Shown here in pieces: positions 11,341 to 24,000 of a stretch of 64,000 nucleotides of DNA (its first letter is position 1; the number at the start of each line of letters is the position of its first letter). The notes under the pieces are model-generated. The model did no database searches. It had not been told where the DNA came from and saw only the letters and a program-made list of their open reading frames with translations. The DNA is from Azolla caroliniana (lineage: Eukaryota > Plantae > Polypodiophyta), in assembly GCA_043228905.1 (NCBI GenBank), contig JBHGNT010000012.1:9982001-10046000 (forward strand), written 5' to 3'. Position numbers and translations under genes: made by a program.

Positions 11341-11421
11341 GACAATTTGGCCGAGTGGTGCAAGGCGTTGGATTTAGGCTCCAATCCGACGAGGGCATGG
11401 GTTCAAATCCCGCAATTGTCA
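11341..11421 (+). tRNA. tRNA-Leu(UAG) copy L1
   Basis: A box TGGCCGAGTGG, TAG anticodon, B box GGTTCAAATCC; T-stem mismatch. Confidence 0.85.
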
Positions 11422-13165
11422 TTAGAGAATTGAAAAAATTTAGCATTACCAAACTTTTCATGAAATAACAAATATGTTATTCTGGTACAAAAAAGGGCCA
11501 TAAAAAATTGCATTGCACCTTGATGTGCTGAATATTGTTGCCCATTGACACCACTTAAAATATAACTCTCTTTTTTAACACTATTTTGCAATTTTATCAA
11601 TGGCGTACTTCTTTTGATATCAACACATCGACAATTTGGCCGAGTTGTCTAAGGCGTTGGATTTAGGCTCCAATCTGAAAGGGCATGCGTTCAAATCCCA
11701 CAAATGTCATTACTGAATTAATATTATCTAGCATTACCAAACATTTCATGAAATAAGTACTACGTTATTCTTGTACAAAATAGGGCGCTAGAAAACATTA
11801 AACACATTCCCTCTTAGATCTAGTGCTTGCATTTCACATTGATATGCTTAACATTGTTGCCCAGTGAGAACTTCACTCTCTATTTTAACACTCTTTTAGA
11901 ACTTTATCAAGTGTGCACTTCTTTTGATGTTGTCAACCCATCAACAATTTGGCCGAGTGATCCAAGGCGTTGGATTTAGGCTCCAATACAAAAGGGTGTG
12001 GGTTCAAAGCCCACGGTTATCATTAGTGGATTGAAACAATCTAGCATTACCAAACTTTTCATGGAACAACTATTATGTTATTCTTCTCCAAAACAAGGCT
12101 ATAGAAAACTATAAACATATTCTTTCTTTGACATAGTCCTTGGATTGCACATTGTGTGCTTAACATTGTTGCCCACCCACTGAAATCAACAACATTTCAA
12201 ATATCACTCTCTTTCGTTACACTCTTATGCAATTTTATGAATGATTACTTCTTTTGATGTCATCACCTTAATGACAATTTAACCGAATGGTTTAAGGCGT
12301 TGGATTTAGGCTCCAATCCGAGAGGCTATGGGGTTCAAATCGCATAGTTGTCATTAGTGAATTGAAAAAATATAGCATTGCCAATCTTTTCATGAAATAA
12401 CAATTATGTTAATCTTGTATAAAAGAGGGCTGTAAAAAATTGTAAGTGTGTCCTTTGTTCGACCTAATACTTGCATTGAACATTGGTGTGCTAAACAGTG
12501 TTGCCCATTGACCTAAATTGACACCAGTTAATATATAACTCTCTTTTTTAGCACTATTTTGCAATTTTATAAATGGTGTACCTCTTTTGATGTCATCAAC
12601 ACATCGACAATTTGCCCGAGTGGTCTAAGGCGTTGGATTTAGGCTCCAATTCGAAAGGACGTGGGTGGAAATTCAACAGATGTCATTAGTGAATTAAAAT
12701 ATCTAGCATTATAAAAAATTTCATGACATAACTACTATGTTATTCTTGACACCACTGAAAATATCACTATCTTTTTTAATACTCTTTTGCCACTTTATTT
12801 AAGTGTACACTTCTGTTGATATCATCAACCCATCGACAATTTGGCTAAATGGTCTAAGGCGTTGGATTTAAGCTCCAATCCGTAAGGGCGTGGTATCAAA
12901 TTCCACAGTTGTCATTAGAGAATTAAAATAATGTAGCATTACCAAACATTTAATGGAATAACTACTACGTTATCCTTGTACAAAAGAGGGCCATAATTTT
13001 TTTTAATTGTGTCCTTTCTTCGACCTACTGCTTGCATTGCACATTGATGTGCTTAACATTGTTGCCTAGACACCGAAATTGACACCACTTAAAATATCAC
13101 TGTCTTTTTTAACACTCTTTTGAAACTTTATCAAGTGTGCATTGTTTTGATGTCATCAACTCAAT

Positions 13166-13245
13166 GACAATTTGGCCGAGTGGTCTAAGGCGTTGGATTT
13201 AGGCTCCAAATCAAGAGGGCATGGGTTCAAATCCCATAGTTGTCA
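13166..13245 (+). tRNA. tRNA-Leu(UAG) copy L7, best candidate for a foldable gene
   Basis: Acceptor GACAATT/AGTTGTC, anticodon stem TTGGA/TCCAA and T stem ATGGG/CCCAT all pair; only the variable arm is altered. Confidence 0.88.
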
Positions 13246-13497
13246 TTAGAGAATTGAAAAAATTTATCATTACCAAACGTTTCATGAAATAACAAATATG
13301 TTATTCTTCTACAAAAAGGGTCGATAAAAAATTGTAAGTGTGTCCTTTCTTCGACCTAATATTTGCATTGCACGTTGATGTGCTGAACATTGTTGCCTAT
13401 TGACCTAAATTGACACCACTTAAAATATAACTCTCTTTTTTAACACTATTTTGCAATTTTATGAATGGTGTACTTCTTTTGATGTCATCAACACATT

Positions 13498-13577
13498 GAC
13501 GATTTGGCCGAGTGGTCTAAGGCGTTTGATTTAGGCTCCAATCCGAAAGGGCATGGGTTCAAATCCCACAGTTGTCC
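13498..13577 (+). tRNA. tRNA-Leu(UAG) copy L8
   Basis: Intact A and B boxes; single mismatches in the anticodon and T stems. Confidence 0.85.
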
Positions 13578-14982
13578 TTAGCGAATTAAAATAATATAAC
13601 AATACCAAAAAATTCATGAAATAACAACTACGTTACAAGGATAATAGGGCGCTAGAAAACTTTAAACATATTCCTTCTTAGATCTACTACTTGCATTACA
13701 CATTGATATGCTTAACATTGTTGCACGGTGCCCTAAATTGACACCACTGAAAATATCACTCTCTTTATTAACATTCTTTTGCCACTTTATCAAGTGTACA
13801 TTTCCTTTGATGTCGTCAACCCATCAACAATTTGGCTGAGTGGTCTAAGGCGTTGGATTTAGGCTCCAATCTGAAAGGGCATTTTAACAGTCTCCAATCC
13901 AACAGTTGTTATTAGAGAATTGAAATAATCTAGCATTACCAAACATTTCATGAAATAACTACTACGTTATCCTTGTACAAAAGAGGGCTATAAAAACTTT
14001 TCAGTGTGTCCTTTTTCTTTGACCTAGTGCCTGTATTGCACATTGATGTGCTTCACATTGTTCCCCAGCCACCGAAATTGACACCACTAAAAATATCACT
14101 CTCTTTTTTAACACTCTTTTGAAACTTTATCAAGTGTGCACTTGTTTTGATGTCATCGACTCAATGACAATTTGGCCGAGTTGTGTAAGGTGTTAGATTT
14201 AGGCTCCAATCCGAAAAGGCATTTTAACACTCTCCATTTTAACATTATTGCCCAGTGAAAATGTAACTCTCTTTTTTAACACTCTTTTGCAACTGTATCA
14301 AGTGTGCACTTCTTTTGAAGTCATCAACTCATCGACAATTTGGCGAGTGGTCTAAGGTATTGGATTTAGGCTCCGATACAAAAGGGCATGGGCTCAAATC
14401 ATACCATTGTCATTAGTGGATTGAAGCAATCTAGCATTACCAAACTTTTCATGTAACAACTATTACATTATTCTTCTCCAAAACAGAGCCATAGAAAACT
14501 TTAAACATATTTTGTCTTCGACCTAGTGTTTGCATTACACATTGTTGCCCACATATTGAAATTGACAACACTTCAAATATCACTTGGTTTGTTTGCACTC
14601 TTATGCCATTTCATCAATGATATACTTCTTTTGATTGTGTCAACCCATCGACAATTTGGTCGTGTGGTCTATAAGGCTTTCGATTTAGGCTCCAATACAA
14701 AAGCACGTGGGTTCAAATCCCACAGTTGTCATTAGTGGATTGAAACAATCTAGCATTACCACACTTTTCATGGAACAACTATTATGTTATTCTTCTCCGA
14801 AACAGGGCCGTAGAAAACTTTAAACATATTCTTTCTTCGACTTAGTGCTTGCATTACACATTCTGTGCTTATCATTGTTACCGACCCATTGAAATTGACA
14901 CCACTTCAAATATCTCTCTCTTTTTTAACACTCTTTTGCAAGTTTATCAAGTGTGCACATGTTTTGATGTTATCAACATAGT

Positions 14983-15062
14983 GACAATTTGGTCGAGTCG
15001 TCTAATGCGTTGGATTTAGGCTCCAATCCGAAAGGGCGTGGGTTCAAATCCCACAGTTGCCA
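14983..15062 (+). tRNA. tRNA-Leu(UAG) copy L13 (D arm mutated)
   Basis: Anticodon, variable and T arms match the consensus. Confidence 0.8.
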
Positions 15063-16077
15063 TTAGTGAATTAAAATAATTTAGCATTACCAAACATTTC
15101 ACGAAATAACCACTACGTTATTCTTGTACAAAATAGGGCGCTAGAAAACATTACACAAATTCAATTCATGTACAAAATAGTTATTCTTGTACAAAATAGG
15201 GCGCTAGAAAACATTACACAAATTCAATTCATGTACAAAATAGGGCGCTAGAAAACTTTAAACACATTCCTTCTTAGATCTAGTGCTTGCATTGCACATT
15301 GATATGCTTAACATTGTTGCCTAGTGAAAATGTCACTCTCTATTTTAACATTCTTTTGTAATTTTGTTAAATGGGGAGTTCTTTTGATGTCGTCAACCCA
15401 TCGACAATTTGGTCGACTGGTCTAAGGCATTGAATTTAGACTCCAATACAAAAGGGCGTGGGTTCAAATCCAACAATTGTCATTAGTGGATTGAAACAAT
15501 CCAGCATTACCAAACTTTTCATGGAACAATTATTACGTTATTCTTCTCCAAAACAAGGCCGTAGAAAACATTCAACATATTCTTTCTTTGACCTAGTGCT
15601 TGCATTACACATTGTGTGCTTAACATTGTTGCCCACCCACTGAAATTGATAACACTTCAAATATTACTGTCTTTTTTTACACTCTTATGCAATTTTATCA
15701 ATGATGTATTTCTCTTGATGTCATCAACACATTGACAATGTGTCCAAGTGGTTTAAGGCATCGGATTTAGGCTCTATTTCGAAATGGCGATGGTTTGAAT
15801 CCCACAGTTGTCATTAGCGAGTTAAAATAATCTAGCATTTCATGAAATAACTACTACATTATTCTTGTATTCCTTCTTAGACGTAGTGCTTGCATTGCAC
15901 GTTGATGTGCTTAAAAATTTTGCCCAACGACCTAAATTGAGAACACTTAAATTATCACTTTCTGTTTTAACACTCTTTTGTATTTTTATCAAGTGTGACA
16001 TTCTTGATGTAGTCAACATATCGACCATTTGGCCGAGTGGTGTAAGGCGTTGGATTTAGGCTACAATTCGAATAGGT

Positions 16078-19000
16078 TGAAGATAAAATCGTTGCCGGCC
16101 ACAACTGGTTTGCGTGTGCGGAATAATAGTCAATATAATGGAGAGGAAAATCAGAATACAGAAACTGAGAATGACACAGATTTTAACGTGGAAACCCGAA
16201 CTGGAAAAAACCACGTGGAGTCCACAAACTCCGAAACAGAACACTATGAGAGAAAAAGAATACAATCAGAGATCTCAGAGGCAACGACCTCGAGATCCTG
16301 CTTCGCCTACATGCGGCTTTAGAGCTCACACGCTTCCACTCTCACCGTTACAGAGGCCACGACCTCGACAACCGTAACTTTACAAAAATACACACACATG
16401 TAACATGATTGCCCTAAGTACTTATATACTAATGTAACCTTTCGACTATTTACAAGTTTAGCCTTCCGTGTTGGCTATCTCCACGAGTTGCTCATCAACA
16501 CGGTTCTTCTCACTTCCCATCCGGAGGAACCTGTTTCCTTACAAACTCCCCCTTCACTCCGGCATGGGATGTCTTACTAGTCCGATCCGCTTCCGACATG
16601 CATCCACCTTGTCGGGTATCAATACTTTGGTCAGCATATCTGACCTGTTCTCGGCCGTGTGGATCTTCGTCAGCATGAACTCTCGATCTTCTACTCGCTC
16701 CCGGATCTAGTGATACCTACGCTGGATGTGCTTCGTCCTGGAATGGTACGCTGCGTTCTTAGCAAGGTGGATGGCACTTTCACTGTCACAATAGAGCCGG
16801 TATTCATCTTGCCGGATACCGAGCTCTCTAATGAAATCCTTCATCCATAATATTTCCTCGCCGTCTTCAACAGCTGCCATGTACTCCGCCTCCATGGTTG
16901 ACAACGCAACTGTCTTCTATAGCCTCGACTGCCACGAAATAGCTCCCACTGCATATGTCATTACATACCCGGATGTAGACAGGCTGGTTTCCACATCAGC
17001 CGACATATTCGAATCGGTAAAACCGTCAAGTTGAGGTTTACCAGAGCTGAATCGGACACACATATTCGAAGTGCCCTTCAAGTATCGGAGTATCCATTTG
17101 ACCGTGTTCTAGTGCTCCTTGTCGGGATTGCTCATAAACCGGCTCACCACTCCGACTGCGTATCCAATATCCGGTCAAGTACACACCATTGCGTACATTA
17201 AGCTCCCGATGATAGAGCCATATGGAACCTTCATCATATCCGCCTTCTCTGCTTTCTTCTTCGGGCTTTGCTTACCGGATAATCTGCAGTTTGTCGGGAG
17301 TGTCGATCCGACCGGTTTCGCTTCTAACATGTTGAACCGTTGAAGCACCTTTGTCATGTATTTCTCCTGTGACAACCACAATTGCTTCTTTGACGGTCCC
17401 GGATGATGTGCATCCCCAATATCTATCTTGTCGGGCCCAAGTCTTTCATTGCGAAGGTTCGATTGAGAGCCTTCTTCAGCATCCGTATTTTGGCTTGGTC
17501 CTGTCCGACGATCAACATGTCGTCCATGTACAAAAGGAGTATCAGGAAGTTGCCTCCTTCGAACTTCTTTACAAACACACAGTGATCGGTTTGCGTTTTG
17601 TGATACCCTTGGTCGGTCATGAAGGAGTCAAACTTCCGGTAACATTGTCGAGGAGCCTGCTTCAGTCCGTACAGGCTCTTCTTCAACCGGCAAACCAGGT
17701 GCTCCTTTCCTTTCTCCATGAATCCTTCCGGTTGCTGCATGTAGATCTCCTCTTCGAGGTCACCGTGAAGGAATACCGTCTTCACATCCAACTGCTCTAC
17801 CTCGAGGTCCATGCTTGCCGCTATGCTCAGCACCGTCCGGATGGAAGTCATCTTTACTACTGGGGCAAATATGTCATCAAAGTCCACGCCTTCTTCTGCT
17901 GGAACCCCTTCACCACGATCTTGGCTTTTGTACCTTGGAGGTTTGCTGGCATCTCCCGGTTTCAACTTGTATACCCACTTGCTTTGGAGTGCCCTCTTTC
18001 CTTTCGGCAACTCCACCAATTCATAAGTGTTGTTCTCATGCAAGGAATCCATCTCGTCCTGCATGGCACTCAACCACTTGCGGCTATTGGTGTCATCCTT
18101 CGCTTCCTCGAAGCTTTCTGGCTCCCCCTCATGGGTCAGCAGCACATGCTATGCATCTGGAAATCTCTGGGAGGCCCTTCTCTCTTTGAGAGGACATCTC
18201 CTTCTTTGGCTTTCGGCAACCGGCTCCTCTATTTGTTCTTCATCCAAATCCGATTCGGGGTCTTGGCCAGTTCCGGTTTCACCTATTCCTTCTTGTTCGG
18301 CCTATCTTGTCTCCTTACCGTCAGCGGCCGGTTCCATCGAGTGCTAACCAGTCTCTTGCCGATTGGGTCTGCTCATCGTAGACTCGATCCTTACCAGTCG
18401 ACTCGGAGTTCATTATCTTCTTTTCCGACTCCCAGTCGGCGAGCGACTTGTCCTCCATGAAGATAATATCTCGACTCCGGAATACCTTCTTGTCGACCAG
18501 GTCCCACACTTGGTAGCCGAACTCATCGTCGCCGTAACCGAGGAATATGCATGGCCAAGTCTTTGGATCTAACTTTCCTCTCCGGTCCTTAGCTACATGC
18601 ACATATGCGAGACACCCGAACACCTACAGATGCCGGTAGGACACTTCCTTACCGGTCCATACTCTCAGCGGCGTGTCTCCGTCCAAGGGTACCGAGGGTG
18701 ATCTGTTTATCACGTATGTCGCTGTCGACAGTGCCTCAGCCCAAAACGTCTAGGGTAATTTTGCATGCACCAGCATACTCCGGACCCTCTCCATTATGGT
18801 CCGGTTCATCCTCTCGGCCAACCCGTTTAGTTCTGGCGTCTTCGGCACGGAAAATTCGAGCCGGATTCCCTTCGAGCGATATTACTCCTCGAACTGCCCC
18901 CGATATTCTCCTCCGTTATCTGCTCAAACCGCCTTCAGCTTCCGGCCGGTTTCTCTTTCCACTCTCATGTGGAGCTCTTTGAAGATGGATAGCACCTGAT

Positions 19001-21095
19001 CCTTCATCCTCAACGGTGTGGCCCACAACTTCCGGCAGAGGTCATCTATGAATGTCACAAAGTACTGTGATCCGGCATGTGACTTCGTGTCCACTTGACA
19101 CACATCAGTATGCACCAAATCCAGTGGTGCATTACGTCTCATCGGTGGCCTTGATCGGAAGGAAGTCCGGGTTTGCTTACCGGCTAGGCAGTCGGTGCAC
19201 CTCTCAAGATGCACGTTCTTCACCAGAATGAGGTTGTCATCGGCAAGCCTCTTCATCCCCTTCACGCTCATGTGACACAATTTCTTGTGCCACAGCTCAC
19301 CGGTAGTGTCGGAAGCCACGTTCACTTCTTCCACGCATAACCGGGCATTCATCAGTTACAACATGTTGACCTTCCGAGCCCGAGCCACTATTAGGCTCCC
19401 TTTGCTGAATTTCATGACTCCGTTCCGGATGCTACCCGTGTAGCCTTCATCGTCTAGCCGACCGGCTGATATCAGGTTCAGTCGAACATCCGGAACATGT
19501 CGGACATCCTTCAGCAGCAGCTTGCATCCGGTTGGTGTTGTCAACCACACGTCTCCTATGCCGACAATTCGGCATGTACCTTCATTCCCCATCCGGACAC
19601 AACCGTGATCACCGACTGAGTAACATGAGAAGCATTTCCGGTCCGGGGTAAGGTGGAATGACGCTCCGGAATTGACAACCCACGTTGTCTCATCGCCGGC
19701 AAGGTTCAACTCACTCTCCTCGGTGATGAGCATCAACTCTTCTTCAGTTGCCGTGATTGCCGTCGTTCCCTTCCGGTCCGACCCCCTCCGGTCTTTACCG
19801 TCCCGGTCCAGTGTCCACTTCGAATTGCTACCATCGGTTTCCATGTCTTTTCGGAAGTGCCGACAGTTCTTCTGGAAGTGTCCCGGCTTGCCGCAATAGA
19901 AGCAAGTAGGCCTCCCCCTTGACTTTGACTGTGTCCCCGACTTTAACCGGTTCTGGGGACTACGGTTCCTTTGCCTTCCGCATTCCGATTCGGTAACGAG
20001 CGCTTTGGACTCGGAGCTCGTATCCTTATCTTTCTGACACGCCTCCTCATCTAGCAATCTCGACTTCACTCTTGCTAGGGATAACTGTTTCCCTTCCGGC
20101 CCGGCGTTGCCCAAAGTGACAACCAACGTCTCCCAGCTATCTGGGAGGGAACCGAGCAGGAGTAGTGCTAGTACCTCATCGGCGAGAGGTGCTTCTAATG
20201 ATGTTGCCTAGTGTAGCAGCCCCTGGAAGGCATTCATGTGCTCCGTCATGCTCGAGCCATCTTGGTACCAGAGTCTTACTAGTTTCCGAAATACCGAAAC
20301 CTGATTAGCAACATTTTTGTTCTTAAACATAATGCCGATCTTCTCCAAGAGCTCATGAGCCTTGCTCTTTTCATTGAAGTTGTTGTATAGGCTCATGTCG
20401 ATGAAGCAACATATGTACGTCGTTGTCTTCATGTGCATCACCTCCCATATCATGGCATCGATTTTGTCCGGTCTCTTGTCCCCGACTTGAACCGACAACC
20501 AAAGATCTTTAACCACGAGCATGTCCCTCATCTTTGACTTCTACACTGAATATTTAGAGCCGGTGAGCTTGAACATGCCTCCCAACGAATCGTCCATTTT
20601 TCTGTGTCATTTCGCTCTGACACCAGTTTGAAGATAAAATCGTTGCCGGCCACAACCGGTTTGCGTGTGCGGAATAATAGTTAATCTAATGGAGAGGAAA
20701 ATCAGAATACAGAAACTGAGAATGACACATATTTTAACGTGGAAATCCGAACTGGGAAATTACCACGTGGAGTCCACAAACTCCGAAACAGAACACTATG
20801 AGAGAAAAAGAATACAATCAGAGATCTCAGAGGCAACGACCTCGAGATCCTGCTTTGCCTACAGGAGGCTATAGAGCTCACACGCTTCCACTCTCACCGT
20901 TATAGAGGCCACGACCTCGAGAACCGTAACTTTACAAAAATACACACACATGAAACATGATTGCCCTAAGTACTTATATACTAATGTAACCTTTTGACTA
21001 TTTACAAGTTTAGCCTTCCGTGGTGGCTATCTCCATGAGTTGCTCATCAACACAGTTCTTCTCACTTCCCATCTGGAGGGACCTGTTTCCTAACA
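16078..21095 (-). mobile_element. Ty1/Copia element B (full length, decayed)
   Basis: LTRs 16078-16543 and 20629-21095; TSD TAGGT at 16073-16077 and 21096-21100; PBS complement at 20614-20625; PPT complement after 16545. Confidence 0.96.
16554..20597 (-). pseudogene. Copia B gag-pol with multiple stops and frameshifts
   Basis: ORF fragments carry CFYCGKPGHFQKNC, WVVNSGAS, VHTDVC, DVKTVFLHG, LLYMDDML and EAEYMA. Confidence 0.93.
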
Positions 21096-24000
21096 TAGGT
21101 GTGGGTTCAAATCCCGTAGTTGTCATTAGTGGATTGAAGCAATCTAGCATTTCCTGTAGTGGGATAACACAGTTTTTGGCGACCACGATTCTTGTAGTGA
21201 GTAAAGAACACCGGGGGATGGATGTCTCGACCGACTAATGACCAAGTCACCGAACGAGGAAGAAGACTTGTCGAAAGACAACAAAGGCGGGCAGATTTCC
21301 AACAAGCGGCCGAGGAGATCCGAGAGGATTGTCTTTTCCCAGAGTGCTTTGGAGGGTCGCGGAAGAAGTACTTCAGTTCCAAACACAACAACTTTCCGAC
21401 GAGGGCAGTAGTCTAAAGAGGCTCCAAGAGGTAGAAGCGCGACTGCGGATGTTTGCTGGAGGCAACGGAGACTCGGAGGCATTCTTGGCCTTAGAGTCAG
21501 AATCGGTTAGTGAACAAAGTGTCAAGTCAAATTACAAAAGCAACAACGATACTTCGGACGATCAGGAGGACAACGAATCGGACGGACTCATCAACACCAC
21601 CCGCGGAGACAGTGGAAAACTGCATCGGACGGCTCCGGATTGCAGACACCAGCTCAGTCCAACCCGTCGGCTTCATCCGGAACTTGGAGGTGACGTTCAG
21701 AGGTCATGCTTTCCAAATTTCTATAGTAGTCCTCCAATTGAATGCTTTGTTAGGATTTCGGTCCCTCCTGATGGGATGATGAAGGCCCGGTGAGAACCGG
21801 ATGATGAGTACCCGGCAAGGAAGAACCGGCGAGAATCGGATGACGCAGGCCCGGTGAGAGCCTCTCATCGGATGAAGGGACATAGATGTAAATATGTTTC
21901 TGTTAGCGTATTGTGGCTATATTTGTAAATAGCGCGAAAGTCATATTAGTATAAATATGACCTAGGGCAAACAGGGGTTAGTAGTTGCAGATCATTGTGT
22001 TGTCATTATTTTGTATAGAGATATTAGTGTAACTGTTCTACAAAGCGTAACAGAGAGAGAGAGAGAGAGAGACCTGAACAGTCTCTGTTATAACCGCCGC
22101 CAGGTGAAGATTGTGAGCAAGAGGTCGTGGCCTCTATGTTCATCTGTTGTATTCCTCTCTACATAGTGATAGTTGGAGTTTGGGGACTCCCGTGGTTTTT
22201 CCTGTTTAGAGTTTTCCACGTTAACATCTTGTGCATTCTCTTCTGTCTATGTACCTACTTCCATTTCTTATCTTTTTGTGTTTGATTATCATCGAAGTGA
22301 TCTAAGTCTCGGTTGTGGCCGAAGATTATTCCGCATAGTTTCTGTCAAGTGGTATCAGAGCGAAACGACACAGAAAATGGAAGATTCATTTGGCGGCATG
22401 TTCAAGCTCACCGGCTCCAACTACTCAGTGTGGAAGTCAAAGATGAGGGACATGCTCGTGGTTAAAGATCTTTAGTTGCCGGTTAAGTTCGGGGACAAGA
22501 GTTCGAACAAGATCGACGCCACGATGTGGAAGGTGATGCACATAAAGATGACGGCATACATCCGGTGCTTCATTGACATGAGCCTGTACAACAACTTCAA
22601 TGAAGAGAGCAAGGCTCATGAGCTCTAGGAGAAGATCGGCATTATGTTTCAGAACAAAAATGTTGTAAATCAGGTTTCGGTATTTCGGAAGCCAGTGAGG
22701 CTCCGGTACAAAGATGTCTCCAGCATGGCGGAGCACATGAATGCCTTCCAGGGGCTAATTCACTAGGTAACATCGTTGAAAGTACCACTCGCCGATGAGG
22801 TACTAGCATTGCTCTTGCTCGGTTCCCTCCCAGATCGCTAGGACATGTTAGTTGTCACTTTGGGCAACGCTAGGCCGGAAGGAAAACAGTTATACCTAGC
22901 AAGTGTGAAGTCGAGCTTGCTAGATGAGGAGGCGTGTCGGAAAGACAAGGATACGTGCTCCGACTCCAAAGTGCTCCTTACCGAATCAGAACACGGAAGA
23001 CAAAGGAACCGTAGTCCCTAGAACCGGGAAAAGTCGGGGACACGATCAAAGTCAAGGGGGAGGCCTACTTGCTTCTATTGTGGCAAGCCGGGACACTTCC
23101 AAAATAACTGTCGGCATTTTCGAAAAGACAAGGAAACCGATAGTACTGATTTGAAGCGGTCACCGGACCGCAACAATAAAGATCGGAGGGGACCGGACCA
23201 GAAGGGAACGACGACAATCGTGGCAATCAAAGAGGAGTTGATGCTCATCACCGAGGAGAGAGAGTTGAACCTTGCCGGCGATGAGACAACGTGGGTTGTC
23301 GATTCTGGAGCGTCGTTCCACCTAACCCCGGACCAGAAATGCTGCTCATCCTACACAGCCGGTGAGCACGGCTATGTCCGGATAGGGAATGAAGGTACAT
23401 GCCGAATTGTCAGCATAGGAGACGTGTGGTTGACAACACCAACCGGATGCAAGTTGTTGTTGAAGGATGTCTGACACGTTCCGGAGGTTCGATTGAACCT
23501 GATATCAGTCGGTCGGCTGGATGACGAAGGCTACATGGGTAGCATCTGGAACGGTGTTATGAAGTTCAGCAAAGGGAGCCTAATAGTGGCTCGGGCCCGC
23601 AAAGTCAACACATTGTAGCTGATGAATGCCCGGTTATGCCCGGAAGAAGTGAACGTGGCATCCGACACTACCGGTGAGCTGTGGCACAAGAGACTGTGTC
23701 ACATGAGCGAGAAGGGGATGAGGAGGCTTGCCGATGACAACCTTATTCCGGTGAAGGACATACATCTTGAGAGGTGCACTGACTGCCTGGCCGGTAAGGA
23801 AACCCGGACCTCCTTCCGCTCAAGGCCACCGATGAGACGTGATGCACCACTGGAGATGGTGCATACCAATGTGTGTCAAGTGGACACGAAGTCACAGGCC
23901 GGATCATAGTACTTCGTGACACTCATAGACGACCACAACCGGAAGTTGTGGGCCACACCGTTGAAGATAAAGGATTAGGTGTTATCCGTCTTCAAGGAGC

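Larger units (their letters stand above)
11151..16077 (+). repeat. Tandem array of 16 tRNA-Leu(UAG) genes/pseudogenes (mostly 230-420 bp spacing)
   Basis: Copies start at 11341, 11630, 11943, 12273, 12606, 12835, 13166, 13498, 13826, 14166 (3' truncated), 14334, 14650, 14983, 15403, 15734 and 16023 (split). Consensus GACAATTTGGCCGAGTGGTCTAAGGCGTTGGATTTAGGCTCCAATCCGAAAGGGCGTGGGTTCAAATCCCACAGTTGTCA, with homologous spacers. Confidence 0.95.
16023..21125 (+). pseudogene. tRNA-Leu(UAG) copy L16 split by Copia B
   Basis: 5' half at 16023-16077 and 3' half GTGGGTTCAAATCCCGTAGTTGTCA at 21101-21125, joined across TSD TAGGT. Confidence 0.92.

Noticed and set aside
10333-16059. Short ORFs across the tRNA arrays
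   Set aside because: They are chance frames over non-coding repeats.
11151-16077. SINE cluster or organellar tRNA insertion
   Set aside because: There are no poly(A)/T tails or individual TSDs, upstream flanks are co-duplicated, and the sequence is of the nuclear cytosolic type.
17351-18460. 369-aa plus-strand ORF and similar antisense ORFs over pol genes
   Set aside because: These are shadow frames of GC-rich retroelement coding sequence.
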